DNA of 64,000 nucleotides. It comes from Gemmatimonadales bacterium (GTDB lineage Bacteria > Gemmatimonadota > Gemmatimonadetes > Gemmatimonadales > GWC2-71-9). The notes under the pieces were generated by a model. It ran no database searches, had not been told where the DNA came from, and saw nothing but the letters and a program-made list of their open reading frames with translations. Position 1 is the stretch's first letter. Every line of letters begins with the position of its first letter. Of this stretch, positions 39,728-48,823 are shown piece by piece. Location: NCBI GenBank assembly GCA_035259785.1, contig DATFVZ010000235.1, forward strand, positions 2,461 through 66,460, given 5' to 3'. The translations under genes and the position numbers were made by a program.

Positions 39728-41872
39728 CTATTGACGTCCGGTCGCCCGCGTTGCGGCGCTCGTTCCCGGCAGCAGTTCGCGCTCCAAAAACGCGGCCGTG
39801 GCTTTATTCACGGTGAGAATATTCGCGTGTCGGAGGAAATGGTGCGTGTCGTCCGGTATCACCAACGTCTCGAACCGGATGCCGGCCGCGGACAGCCGCC
39901 GGACAAGATCGGTGCTCTGGGAGAACCGAACGTTGCGATCATCATCGCCGTGGATGATGAGCACGGGCGACTTCCAGCTGCTGATGGAAGAGATCGGCGA
40001 TGAGCGAAAGGCGGTGTCCAACGCGGCGGCGATGTCTGGAGCCTGCTCGTAGCGTTGGCGGTCGAGCAGCGTCCGTGACCCCTGCGTCGTCCAGTCATGC
40101 ACGCCGTGAATGTCGACGCCGGCCGCGAAGAGATCGGAGTTGCGTGCCAACGCCAAGGCGGTCAGATAGCCGCCGTACGACCCACCGTATATGCCAATCC
40201 GATTGGCGTCCACCTGCGGCAAGGAGCGGAGATACGCGGCGGCGGCTTGGACGTCTCGATACTCAGCAGCGCCGCGTGCGCCCCCGTTCGGTGGCTGATG
40301 AAACTCGTACCCATAGCCGATCCCCAGCCGGTAGTTCACTGACAAGACGATGAACCCGCGACTCGCCAGGTACTGATTGAGCGCGTAGGCATTGGCGTAA
40401 TAATCCGAATAGTGCCAGCCCAGCAGCATCTGGCGTGGGGGGCCACCGTGCAGATACACCACCGCAGGTTTGCGGCCGCCACTCTGTCGCGGAGGCTCGA
40501 ACAGTTGGCCATGAATCGTAAGGCCGTCGGCGGAGCGGAAGGTGACCTGACGCGGGGTGACCAAGCCCCCAGGAAAGTCGCGAGGAATGTAGTCCGCGCC
40601 GATGGTGCGTAGGGTAGCTCGAGGTGCGAACGCCATCGTCGCCGGCAGTGGCGGACGCTGCGGGGTTGCACTGATCAGTACGAGTGTGGCGCCGTCCCCG
40701 GTCACAGCGGGACTCCATTCCAGACCGCTTCCGGGCGTCATGACCTCTGGTGCCGCGCGATCCACCGGAACTCGGACGATGTGGCGGCGATCGACGTCGA
40801 GCGCGTCCGCTCCCGTGTTGCCCGCGAACACGAGCCAGCGGCCATCACTGCTCACTTGAATATGCTCGGCCATGTACCGGCCGGGCGTCAGCTGGAGCGG
40901 TGATCCGCCTGCTGCCGGAATGGAGTAGAGATGCGGCCAACCATCCTGGTACGAAAGGAAAACGATGCGGTCGGATGCACCCCAGGCCAGGTTCGTACCT
41001 CCATGCGTTGTCGGCACAGAGCCGGCGAGCGTCTCGGGTGACTTCCACAAGCGCTGGGCGACTCCCGTGGTCGCATCGGCGGTCCAGATCTCCCACGGAT
41101 TGGCGCGAGGCGCCAACAGCGAATCCGGCGCTCCGCCGACACCGGGCACTCGAACAAACGCAACGCGGCGTCCGTCGGGTGACCAGCGTGGCGACCGGTC
41201 GCGTGCGAACCCTGGAGCGAGCCAGCCAATTGCCGAGGTGTCGTTGGTGAACACGCCGATGAAAGAGTGATCGCCGCGATTCACCACGAATGCGAGCCGA
41301 GAGCCATCGGGCGACCAACGCAGGTCGCTGGTCTCGCCGCGCACCGTCAGTAGCTGTTTTGCGGGTGCCGCCCCGTCGATGGGCGCGATCCAGATCTGCC
41401 CACCTTTGTTGAACGCGACGACATCGCTCCGCGGGGACACGACGGGCTCATCGCCATCGGCGATCGCTTTCGGCTCCCCGCCGTCGAAGGGCACGCTGAA
41501 GATCTGTACCTTCGGGGACACGGGGGTCGAGCCGACATTCACCGGTAGCGCGTCGTCCCAGTTCGAGCCGTGATCACCGCCGCGCACGTACACGACCCAC
41601 CGCCCGTTGGCCGACACCGTGACACTGCTCAACTCCTGGCCGTCGTCGCGGTCGTAACGGGTAAGTGGGCGCGCGGTGAATGCGGGACCTTCAGCCACAT
41701 AGATGTTGCGCCGACCTTGTTCGTTGAACGCCCAGGCGATGCGACTGCCGCTCGCCGCAACAGTCAACTCGGTGGGGTAGGGATACGAACGCACCTGCTC
41801 CAGCGTGAACTGCGCGGACACCGAACGCGACAGCGCGCCGAGCGCCACGAGGGCGAGGACGATGATGCGCAT
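39728..41872 (-). CDS. S9-family serine peptidase with N-terminal TolB-like beta-propeller
   Basis: Nucleophile motif IYGGSYGGYLTA, catalytic D/H region (IIHGDDDRNV, DDTHHF), and repeated SPDG propeller blades. ATG at 41872 (MRIIVLALVALGAL signal peptide) is preceded by AGGAGA. The track start is over-extended into lepA. Confidence 0.9.
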   Translation of the reverse strand: MRIIVLALVALGALSRSVSAQFTLEQVRSYPYPTELTVAASGSRIAWAFNEQGRRNIYVAEGPAFTARPLTRYDRDDGQELSSVTVSANGRWVVYVRGGDHGSNWDDALPVNVGSTPVSPKVQIFSVPFDGGEPKAIADGDEPVVSPRSDVVAFNKGGQIWIAPIDGAAPAKQLLTVRGETSDLRWSPDGSRLAFVVNRGDHSFIGVFTNDTSAIGWLAPGFARDRSPRWSPDGRRVAFVRVPGVGGAPDSLLAPRANPWEIWTADATTGVAQRLWKSPETLAGSVPTTHGGTNLAWGASDRIVFLSYQDGWPHLYSIPAAGGSPLQLTPGRYMAEHIQVSSDGRWLVFAGNTGADALDVDRRHIVRVPVDRAAPEVMTPGSGLEWSPAVTGDGATLVLISATPQRPPLPATMAFAPRATLRTIGADYIPRDFPGGLVTPRQVTFRSADGLTIHGQLFEPPRQSGGRKPAVVYLHGGPPRQMLLGWHYSDYYANAYALNQYLASRGFIVLSVNYRLGIGYGYEFHQPPNGGARGAAEYRDVQAAAAYLRSLPQVDANRIGIYGGSYGGYLTALALARNSDLFAAGVDIHGVHDWTTQGSRTLLDRQRYEQAPDIAAALDTAFRSSPISSISSWKSPVLIIHGDDDRNVRFSQSTDLVRRLSAAGIRFETLVIPDDTHHFLRHANILTVNKATAAFLERELLPGTSAATRATGRQ

Positions 41873-41880
41873 GCGGTCTC

Positions 41881-43680
41881 CTATTCGACCTGCAGCACCG
41901 CGAGAAACGCTTCCTGGGGGATCTCCACAGTCCCTACTTGCTTCATGCGTTTCTTTCCTTCGCGTTGCTTCTCGAGCAATTTGCGTTTGCGGGTGACGTC
42001 TCCCCCGTAGCATTTGGCCGTGACGTTCTTTCGGAGCGGCCGAATCGACTCTCGGGCAATGACCTTCGTTCCGATCGCAGCCTGAATGATGACCTCGAAC
42101 AACTGTCGTGGAATGAGGTCCTTCAGCTTTTCCGCAATCTTCCGGCCCCATTCGTACGCCTTGTCCCTGTGGATAATAACGCTGAATGCGTCAACCGCCT
42201 CGCCATTGAGCAGCATGTCCAGCTTCACCAGCTCGCCTGGGCGGTACGCGAGGAACTCGTAGTCGAGCGAGGCGTAGCCACGTGAGATGGTCTTCAGCTT
42301 GTCGTAGAAGTCGAGTATGATCTCGGCGAGGGGAAACTCCCAGTCGAACTCGACCCGCGTAGGATCCAGGTACTGCATGCCGCGATACACGCCGCGACGC
42401 TCCTGGCCCAGCTTCATGATGCCGCCGATGTAGTCGGACGGCGCGAAGATCCGCGCTTTCACGTACGGCTCCTCGACGCGATCCACCTCGGACCCGTGCG
42501 GCAAGAGGCTCGGATTCTCGACGAGCTCCATCTTGCCGTCGGTTCGGTAGACGTGGTATTCGACGTTCGGGACCGTGCTGATGAGGTCGAGGTCGAACTC
42601 GCGCTCGAGCCGCTCGCGGACGATCTCCATGTGCAGTAAGCCGAGGAAACCGCACCGGAACCCGAAACCCAGGGCCACCGACGTCTCCGGCTCATAATGG
42701 AGCGAGGCGTCGTTGAGCTGCAGCTTCGCCAGGGCGTCGCGCAGCTCCTCGTATTGCTCGGCGTTCGTGGGGTACAGCCCAGCGAAGACCATCGACTGGA
42801 TGTCGCGATAGCCGGGGAGGAGCTCGAGCTGGCGATACTCTGCGTCGAGCACGGTGTCACCCGGCCGGGTTTCGCGTACGCCCCGCACGTTGGCGACCAC
42901 GTAGCCGACCTCGCCGGCCTCGAGCTGCTCGGCGGGCTTGTGACCGAGCTGGAGGTAGCCGACCTCGTCGACTTCGTAGACATCGTCGCGATGGGCCCCG
43001 AACGCTATCTTCATGCCGGGGTTGATGACCCCATCGACCACGCGGATCGACGGAATCGCGCCGCGATAGCGGTCGTAATAGGAGTCGAAAATGAGTGCCC
43101 GCAGCGGGGCGTCCCGCGTACCGGGCGGTGCCGGGACCCGGCGCACCACGGCCTCCAGCAGCTCGGGGACACCGCGCCCTTCCTTGGCGGAGATGCGCAG
43201 GATTTCCTCGGGCTTGGTCCCAATCAGGTCGTGGATTTCATGGGCGCGCTTATCCGGCTCGGCCCCCGGCAGATCGATCTTGTTCAGGACGGGTATGATT
43301 TCCAGTCCCGCGTCCATGGCGAGCAGGAGGTTGGACAAGGTTTGCGCCTGAATACCCTGTGACGCATCCACGACCAGAATGGCTCCCTCGCATGCCGCCA
43401 GAGAGCGCGAGACCTCGTACGTGAAGTCGACGTGGCCGGGGGTATCGATAAGATTCAGCTCGTACAATTGGCCGTCTTTCGCGTGATAACTCATCCGAAC
43501 CGCGTTCAGCTTGATCGTAATGCCACGCTCACGCTCCAGGTCCATGGTGTCGAGGACCTGCTCGCGCATGAGCCGCTTATCGAGCGTCCCGGTGAGCTCG
43601 ATGAGGCGGTCTGCGAGCGTAGATTTCCCGTGGTCGATGTGAGCCACGATGCAAAAATTACGGATATGATCTTGACGCAT
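41881..43680 (-). CDS. lepA: Elongation factor 4 (LepA)
   Basis: [32 protein letters not shown] and the LepA C-terminal domain. ATG at 43680 (MRQDHIRNF..). The track extension runs through the intergenic repeat element. Confidence 0.97.
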   Translation of the reverse strand: MRQDHIRNFCIVAHIDHGKSTLADRLIELTGTLDKRLMREQVLDTMDLERERGITIKLNAVRMSYHAKDGQLYELNLIDTPGHVDFTYEVSRSLAACEGAILVVDASQGIQAQTLSNLLLAMDAGLEIIPVLNKIDLPGAEPDKRAHEIHDLIGTKPEEILRISAKEGRGVPELLEAVVRRVPAPPGTRDAPLRALIFDSYYDRYRGAIPSIRVVDGVINPGMKIAFGAHRDDVYEVDEVGYLQLGHKPAEQLEAGEVGYVVANVRGVRETRPGDTVLDAEYRQLELLPGYRDIQSMVFAGLYPTNAEQYEELRDALAKLQLNDASLHYEPETSVALGFGFRCGFLGLLHMEIVRERLEREFDLDLISTVPNVEYHVYRTDGKMELVENPSLLPHGSEVDRVEEPYVKARIFAPSDYIGGIMKLGQERRGVYRGMQYLDPTRVEFDWEFPLAEIILDFYDKLKTISRGYASLDYEFLAYRPGELVKLDMLLNGEAVDAFSVIIHRDKAYEWGRKIAEKLKDLIPRQLFEVIIQAAIGTKVIARESIRPLRKNVTAKCYGGDVTRKRKLLEKQREGKKRMKQVGTVEIPQEAFLAVLQVE

Positions 43681-43696
43681 GCGGCGGTAAATATAG

Positions 43697-43766
43697 CCAT
43701 CAGCCTTCAGCCATCTGCCTTCAGTAACGGCATCAGACGGCTGACGGCTGATGGCTGACGGCCATG
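43697..43766. repeat. Inverted arrays of tandem heptamers (CCATCAG CCTTCAG CCATCTG CCTTCAG ... CGGCTGA CGGCTGA TGGCTGA) filling the lepA-rho divergent spacer
   Basis: Read directly. 43703-43724 is complementary to 43741-43762 at 19 of 22 positions. 16-nt loop. The right arm ends at the rho ATG. Confidence 0.85.
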
Positions 43767-44825
43767 CCTCCAATAACCGGCTGGTTTGATTCCTCTCCCA
43801 AGGGTGGGGCGCTGCGGATTGCGGCGAACAGCTATCTGCCAGCGAAGGGCGATCCGCCCGTTCGGATGCCCGGACTGCGACGCGGCGATCTGATCGAGCT
43901 CGAGAATGGTCGCGTCACGACCGTCAACGGGCTGCCGGCAGGGCAGCTGGATGGCCGGCCCGACTTCGCATCGCTGGGCGCCGTGCATCCCAGCCGTCCC
44001 CTCACCCTCGAGACGCCCCGTGCGTCGAGCCCGCGGACCGCCGATACCCAGCGTGTCGTGGACCTCGTCTGTCCGTTCGGTTTTGGCCAACGCGCGCTGA
44101 TCGTTTCACCGCCCAAGGCGGGCAAGACGATGATGTTGCAGGCAATCGCCGAAGCCGTCGCGGAGAATCACCCGCAGGCGTCGCTGCTCGTGTTACTGGT
44201 CGATGAGCGTCCTGAAGAAGTCACCGAGATGGTGGACTGGGGTAGGGGTGAGGTGATCGCGTCGAGCTTTGATCTTCCACATGAGCGCCATGTTGCCGTG
44301 GCGGAGATGGTGTTCGATCACGCCCGCCGGCAAGTGGAGCTCGGGCGCGACGTCGTGATTGTGCTCGATTCGCTGACGCGGTTGGCCCGCTCGCACAACA
44401 CGACGGGTCGCGGCAGCGGGCGCACGATGTCCGGCGGGCTCGACGCCAACGCGCTCGCCAAGCCGAAAGCGCTGTTTGGCGCTGCGCGGTCCGTGCCCCA
44501 GGGCGGATCGCTCACCGTCATCGCGACGGCGCTCGTCGAAACCGAAAGTCGCATGGACGACGTCATATTCGAGGAGTTCAAGGGAACGGGGAACGCCGAG
44601 TTGCGGTTGACGCGCGACCTGGCGGACCGTCGCATCTATCCGGCGGTGGATATCGCGGCGAGCGGGACACGTCGCGAAGAGCTGCTCGCAGATCCGAAAA
44701 CCATCGAGGCAAAACAAAAGCTCCGGCGAGCCCTGGTGGGTCTGCCGCCGGAGCAGGCGATGCAATCGCTCGTACAACAGCTGAAACGCGCTAAAACGAA
44801 CGCGGAGCTGTTGGCAGCGATCTAG
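43764..44825 (+). CDS. rho: Transcription termination factor Rho, N-terminally short form (353 aa)
   Basis: Walker [11 protein letters not shown], Walker [13 protein letters not shown], and Q/R-loop region ([39 protein letters not shown]). An in-frame TGA at 43749-43751 limits any N-terminal extension to 4 codons. Confidence 0.92.
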   Translation: MPPITGWFDSSPKGGALRIAANSYLPAKGDPPVRMPGLRRGDLIELENGRVTTVNGLPAGQLDGRPDFASLGAVHPSRPLTLETPRASSPRTADTQRVVDLVCPFGFGQRALIVSPPKAGKTMMLQAIAEAVAENHPQASLLVLLVDERPEEVTEMVDWGRGEVIASSFDLPHERHVAVAEMVFDHARRQVELGRDVVIVLDSLTRLARSHNTTGRGSGRTMSGGLDANALAKPKALFGAARSVPQGGSLTVIATALVETESRMDDVIFEEFKGTGNAELRLTRDLADRRIYPAVDIAASGTRREELLADPKTIEAKQKLRRALVGLPPEQAMQSLVQQLKRAKTNAELLAAI

Positions 44826-44831
44826 TCGGCG

Positions 44832-46379
44832 TCACTGGCCCGTGACGATCCTCTTGTAACTGTCGGGATTCCATTTGGGCCGCGCGGTCGCGTTCGCGAT
44901 CTCGAGACCCAGATAGAAGATGAGTCGCGTGAGCCGTGACTCCTTCTCCGCATCGATCTTGTCGGGTGAGTCGCTGGGCCGGTGATAGTCGGCATGCGTT
45001 CCGCTGAAGAAGAACAGGATGGGCACGCCTTTGCGGGCAAAGTTGTAATGGTCGGACCGGAAGTAGAAGTTCTCTTGCGGCCAGATGTCGTCGATCGGGA
45101 GCATGCTGAGCTCGGGATGCGCTGCGGCGACGCGGTTCAATGTGGCGCCCAGATCCGAATGTTCCTTCCCGATTACGACGATCGTATCCTTCCAGTTGCG
45201 ACCGACCATGTCGATGTTGAGATCGGCGACGATATTCTCGACGGGGACCGGTGCATGCTCCGCGAAGTAACCGCTGCCCCACAGGTTTTTTTCCTCGCCG
45301 CTGACGTTCAGGAAAATGATCGACCGCTTCGGACGCGGGTTGAGCTGCGCGAACGCCTCGGCCAGCTCAATGACGGCCACGGTGCCCGATCCGTCGTCAT
45401 CGGCGCCGTTGCAGATCGAGTCCCCACCCTGCGCGCCGCAGCCGCCCGTGCCGCGCGGACCGGCGACCCCGACGTGATCCATATGGGCGCTAAAGACGAT
45501 GTACTCTTTTTTTAGCTGCGCGTCGCTCCCCTCCAGCATCGCGACCACGTTCGGCGCCGAGTTCCGCTCGACGGGCTGTATACGTGCGTGCACGTGGAAC
45601 TGGCCGTTCAGGGACTTCACCGCGAACGTGCCCGCCGTCTGCGCGGCTGCCAAATCGCCCCCGACTCGCGTCACGAAGCCCGCGAGCGTGGCGGAACGAA
45701 CCGCGATCACGAGTGGGGGACCGACGCGCCGGCTGGGATCGCGCAGCTGCGGGCGCGCGGTGCGACTGACGAGCTGCTCCCACTCAACATCGGTTGAGGA
45801 GCGACCCACAATGACTCCCGCCGACTTCCAGGCGCGAACGCGCTGCCACTCCCCCCGGTTGCGGGGTCCGTTTGCAAGAATCACCATCTTGCCTGCGAGC
45901 GTGGCGGTGTCCGCGGGAAGCGCACCCGCCACCGCGCCCGAGACGAGCACGAGGTCGCCGGCGTAATCGCCGCTTTCGAACTGGTTGTCGCCGAAGATAA
46001 AGTCCTTCCCATAGGCGAGTGTGCCATCGCCGCCGCCGTGCAGCATGACTACCGAGCTGTCTGCCACAACCTGCACGAGATCCAGCGGGTAGCGCTGCTC
46101 GAAGCGTCCGTCATTGCCGCCGGGCTGGAGTCGCAGGCGTCGATACTCACCGGCGAGGTAGGCGGCGACCTCATCGAGCTCGGGGCTTGGCGTATCACGA
46201 CCGCGCATTGAGTCGTCCGCGATGATGCCGATGCGGCGCCGAATATCCTCTGTCGTAATCGTCTGAACGGCACGCTGCACCGACGTGTTTGCCGTCATTT
46301 GCGCCCCAACTGCGGCAGGCAGAGGAAGGGTGGCGAGCACGAGCAAGAATGGACGATACGAATGACGCACGGGATTCAC
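44832..46379 (-). CDS. M28-family aminopeptidase with PA domain, secreted
   Basis: Zinc-ligand blocks SAHMDHVG, GADDDGSG and SGEEKNLWGSGYF. Signal peptide RPFLLVLATLPLPAAVGAQ. Start uncertain: GTG at 46379 or 46370. The TTG at 46403 lies in the upstream terminator tail. Confidence 0.88.
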   Translation of the reverse strand: MNPVRHSYRPFLLVLATLPLPAAVGAQMTANTSVQRAVQTITTEDIRRRIGIIADDSMRGRDTPSPELDEVAAYLAGEYRRLRLQPGGNDGRFEQRYPLDLVQVVADSSVVMLHGGGDGTLAYGKDFIFGDNQFESGDYAGDLVLVSGAVAGALPADTATLAGKMVILANGPRNRGEWQRVRAWKSAGVIVGRSSTDVEWEQLVSRTARPQLRDPSRRVGPPLVIAVRSATLAGFVTRVGGDLAAAQTAGTFAVKSLNGQFHVHARIQPVERNSAPNVVAMLEGSDAQLKKEYIVFSAHMDHVGVAGPRGTGGCGAQGGDSICNGADDDGSGTVAVIELAEAFAQLNPRPKRSIIFLNVSGEEKNLWGSGYFAEHAPVPVENIVADLNIDMVGRNWKDTIVVIGKEHSDLGATLNRVAAAHPELSMLPIDDIWPQENFYFRSDHYNFARKGVPILFFFSGTHADYHRPSDSPDKIDAEKESRLTRLIFYLGLEIANATARPKWNPDSYKRIVTGQ

Positions 46380-46401
46380 CCCAGGTATAAGGAAAGGGAG
46401 C

Positions 46402-46445
46402 AAAAAGTAACGCGCCCGACCGTTTGAGACTACGATCGGGCGCGT
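46402..46445 (-). terminator. Rho-independent terminator after the DUF4384-like gene
   Basis: In minus sense: ACGCGCCCGA-(16-nt loop)-TCGGGCGCGT, a perfect 10-bp stem, followed by TACTTTTTG. Confidence 0.7.
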
Positions 46446-46463
46446 CCGGGTTCCGTCTGAAGC

Positions 46464-47822
46464 TCATGGCTTGCGGCGCCGCACCTCGGGTTCGTTCCGA
46501 GCCGGTGACGGTGGAGCAGGCGGTGGCGATGACCGACGTGCCTCCGCGCGGGGTTCATTCCGCGGCTGCTCACGACGGGGCTCCGCGCGTGGCTCGCTGC
46601 GCTGCTGTCGGACTTGCTCCTCCCGCCGTGGCTCGGCGCGCGGCTCGACGCGGCGTGGCTCATCACGACGCGGCTCGGCTCGCGGCTCGACTCGGCGTGG
46701 CTCGTCACGGCGCGGCTCGTCGCGCCGGGGCTCGATCACGCGCGGTTCGACCGTCCGCGGAATCTCACGCACGGTGGGCTGAGCGCGTGGCTGATCGACC
46801 CTGCGCGCATCACCCTGACGATCTGGGCGCTCGATAAGGTCCGGACGATCACCAGTTCGATCACGTGCTGGGTTGTCACGCCGGTCCCGCCCGTCCTGCG
46901 ATGGAATGATCTCCCGGCCCCCAGTCGTCTCGCGACGAGTGTTGTCATTGATGGGGCGCCCGGCGGGGGGGGGAATGACGCCCCGGCCTCCGAGGTCCTG
47001 TCCAGTCACGCCGCGACGAGTATTGTCGTTGACGGGGCGCTCGCGCTCGCGAGTGACGAACTCATCGCGATTGGGCCGGCTGCTGCCCCAATCCTTGAAG
47101 ATGAAGCGAGGCTCGGGACGATAAGGCCGCACGAACACGACTCGATCGCCGCCGTAATAGCGATAAGGGTAGTACCACGGATCATCATACACGTACATCC
47201 GGAATCGCACGCACGAGGCGTGGTACGGGTTCCAGTAGGAGTAGCTGACGTACGAGTGGCAGTCGTAGCACAAGAACCGTGGATAGTCATAGTGCTGCTC
47301 GACGTTGTACGTCACAACGTCGTAATCCCAATCAGCGTAGCCATCGGGGACGATGCGCTGCGCGAGGTCGGTCATCGCGACGTACGGATCACCGCGCACG
47401 CGGCCGTCCGCAATGACGCGGTAGTCCCAGTGATCACCTGTCTGGATGCCATCGTAGATGAAGGCGTCGGCGGCCGCCACAGCGAACAGATAGCCCACGC
47501 CAGGATAATCCTCGATGGTAAAGGCATCGCTATGCAGCTGCTGCCCGTCGATCTCGAACTCCCGGCCGCCGCGCGCGAAGTTGTCTTCCCACGGTTCACG
47601 GGGGAACAAGATTCGGACACGACCGTCGGTATCAACACGGAAGATCGTGACGTAGGCATCTTGATCGAGTCGGAAGTACACCCGGACGCGCTCCCCGCGG
47701 CTAAAGACCGCGCCGTCCCCCCGGTTGGTCCACAGTTCGACTCGGGGACGGTAAATGGGCGAATACCGGCGAGCGGGCGTCGGCGACACGGCGAGAGCGA
47801 GCAGCGCGATGTGTATGAGCAT
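46464..47822 (-). CDS. Secreted DUF4384-like protein with long C-terminal Arg/Glu/Pro pentapeptide-repeat tail
   Basis: Signal peptide. The N-terminal region (GERVRVYFRLDQDAYVTIFRVDTDGRVRILFP) resembles the DUF4384 pattern as I recall it. A Tyr/Trp/Cys-rich middle follows. The tail carries about 14 EPR units (EPRRDEPRRVEPRAEPRR..). Confidence 0.7.
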   Translation of the reverse strand: MLIHIALLALAVSPTPARRYSPIYRPRVELWTNRGDGAVFSRGERVRVYFRLDQDAYVTIFRVDTDGRVRILFPREPWEDNFARGGREFEIDGQQLHSDAFTIEDYPGVGYLFAVAAADAFIYDGIQTGDHWDYRVIADGRVRGDPYVAMTDLAQRIVPDGYADWDYDVVTYNVEQHYDYPRFLCYDCHSYVSYSYWNPYHASCVRFRMYVYDDPWYYPYRYYGGDRVVFVRPYRPEPRFIFKDWGSSRPNRDEFVTRERERPVNDNTRRGVTGQDLGGRGVIPPPAGRPINDNTRRETTGGREIIPSQDGRDRRDNPARDRTGDRPDLIERPDRQGDARRVDQPRAQPTVREIPRTVEPRVIEPRRDEPRRDEPRRVEPRAEPRRDEPRRVEPRAEPRREEQVRQQRSEPRAEPRREQPRNEPRAEARRSSPPPAPPSPARNEPEVRRRKP

Positions 47823-47881
47823 AGAGCCTCCGGCCGCCGCTAAGGCAGAGACTGTGCCAGACGCAAAACGGGTCTAAATTA

Positions 47882-47891
47882 TATCCGGATA
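47882..47891. promoter_or_regulatory. Perfect 10-bp palindrome TATCCGGATA in the AT-rich divergent promoter region
   Basis: Read directly. It overlaps a -10-like GATAAT (47888-47893) between the DUF4384-like and DUF58 genes. The function is unproven. Confidence 0.3.
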
Positions 47892-47944
47892 ATAACTTGC
47901 CGTGGCAGCCGCAGGTGCCAGCTGTCCCCAAGGAAGGACACATC

Positions 47945-48823
47945 TTGGCGCAACGTCTCGATCTACTGGATCCTGCGGAAGTCGCCCGCCTCGGCGGCAT
48001 CGAAATCGTCGCGGAAGGCGTCGTTGAGGGGTTCTTGTCGGGTGTTCATCGCTCGCCGTTTCGCGGTTTTTCCGTTGAGTTCACCGAGCACCGCGCCTAC
48101 CAGCCCGGGGATGAATTGCGATATCTCGACTGGCGCATCCTCGCGCGGTCCGACCGTCTCTTCGTCAAGCAATTCGAAGAGGAAACCAATCTGCGCGCCA
48201 TGATTCTCGTTGACGCGAGCCGTTCGATGGCGTGGCGCGGCAGCCCGGAGCGACTCACCAAGCGCGCCTATGCTGACCGGCTGGCCGCAGCTCTCGCGCT
48301 CATCCTATTGCGGCAGCGCGATGCAACCGGTCTGGTGACGTTCGACGAACAGGTGCGCCAGGTAATCCCCCCGCGGGTGAAGGCGGGGCAGTGGACGCGG
48401 GTTGTTCGCGGTCTCATCGCCACCCCCGATGGATCGGGAACGGCGGCGCATGCCGCGCTCCAGCGCCTGACCGCTCTCCTTGCCAGGCGCGGGATGGTGA
48501 TCCTGTTGTCCGACCTATTGTTCGATCGCGATCTCGCGCTCGCGGCATTGCGCTACCTGCGCCACCGTGGGCATCAAGTGATCGTCTTTCACCTAATGGA
48601 TCCCGCAGAGGTCGAGCTGGGCGGTCCACCCGAGGTGCGGTTTCGAGATCCGGAGTCGTCGGTTACTGTGGTCGTCCGCCCGCGCGAGCTCGCGCGAGCC
48701 TACGCCGATACCGTGCGTCGTGAGATCGCAGCGTGGCGCAAGGCGTGCCGGCGGCATGGCATTGCCTACCATCATGTGCAGACGGATCTCCCTTTCGGCA
48801 TGGCCCTGCGACTGCTCACGTGA
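47945..48823 (+). CDS. DUF58 (vWA-like, MoxR-associated family) protein
   Basis: Motif HRSPFRGFSVEFTEHRAYQPGDELRYLDWR. I trimmed the start to the in-frame TTG at 47945, which is preceded by AAGGAAGGA at 6-nt spacing. Confidence 0.85.
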   Translation: MAQRLDLLDPAEVARLGGIEIVAEGVVEGFLSGVHRSPFRGFSVEFTEHRAYQPGDELRYLDWRILARSDRLFVKQFEEETNLRAMILVDASRSMAWRGSPERLTKRAYADRLAAALALILLRQRDATGLVTFDEQVRQVIPPRVKAGQWTRVVRGLIATPDGSGTAAHAALQRLTALLARRGMVILLSDLLFDRDLALAALRYLRHRGHQVIVFHLMDPAEVELGGPPEVRFRDPESSVTVVVRPRELARAYADTVRREIAAWRKACRRHGIAYHHVQTDLPFGMALRLLT

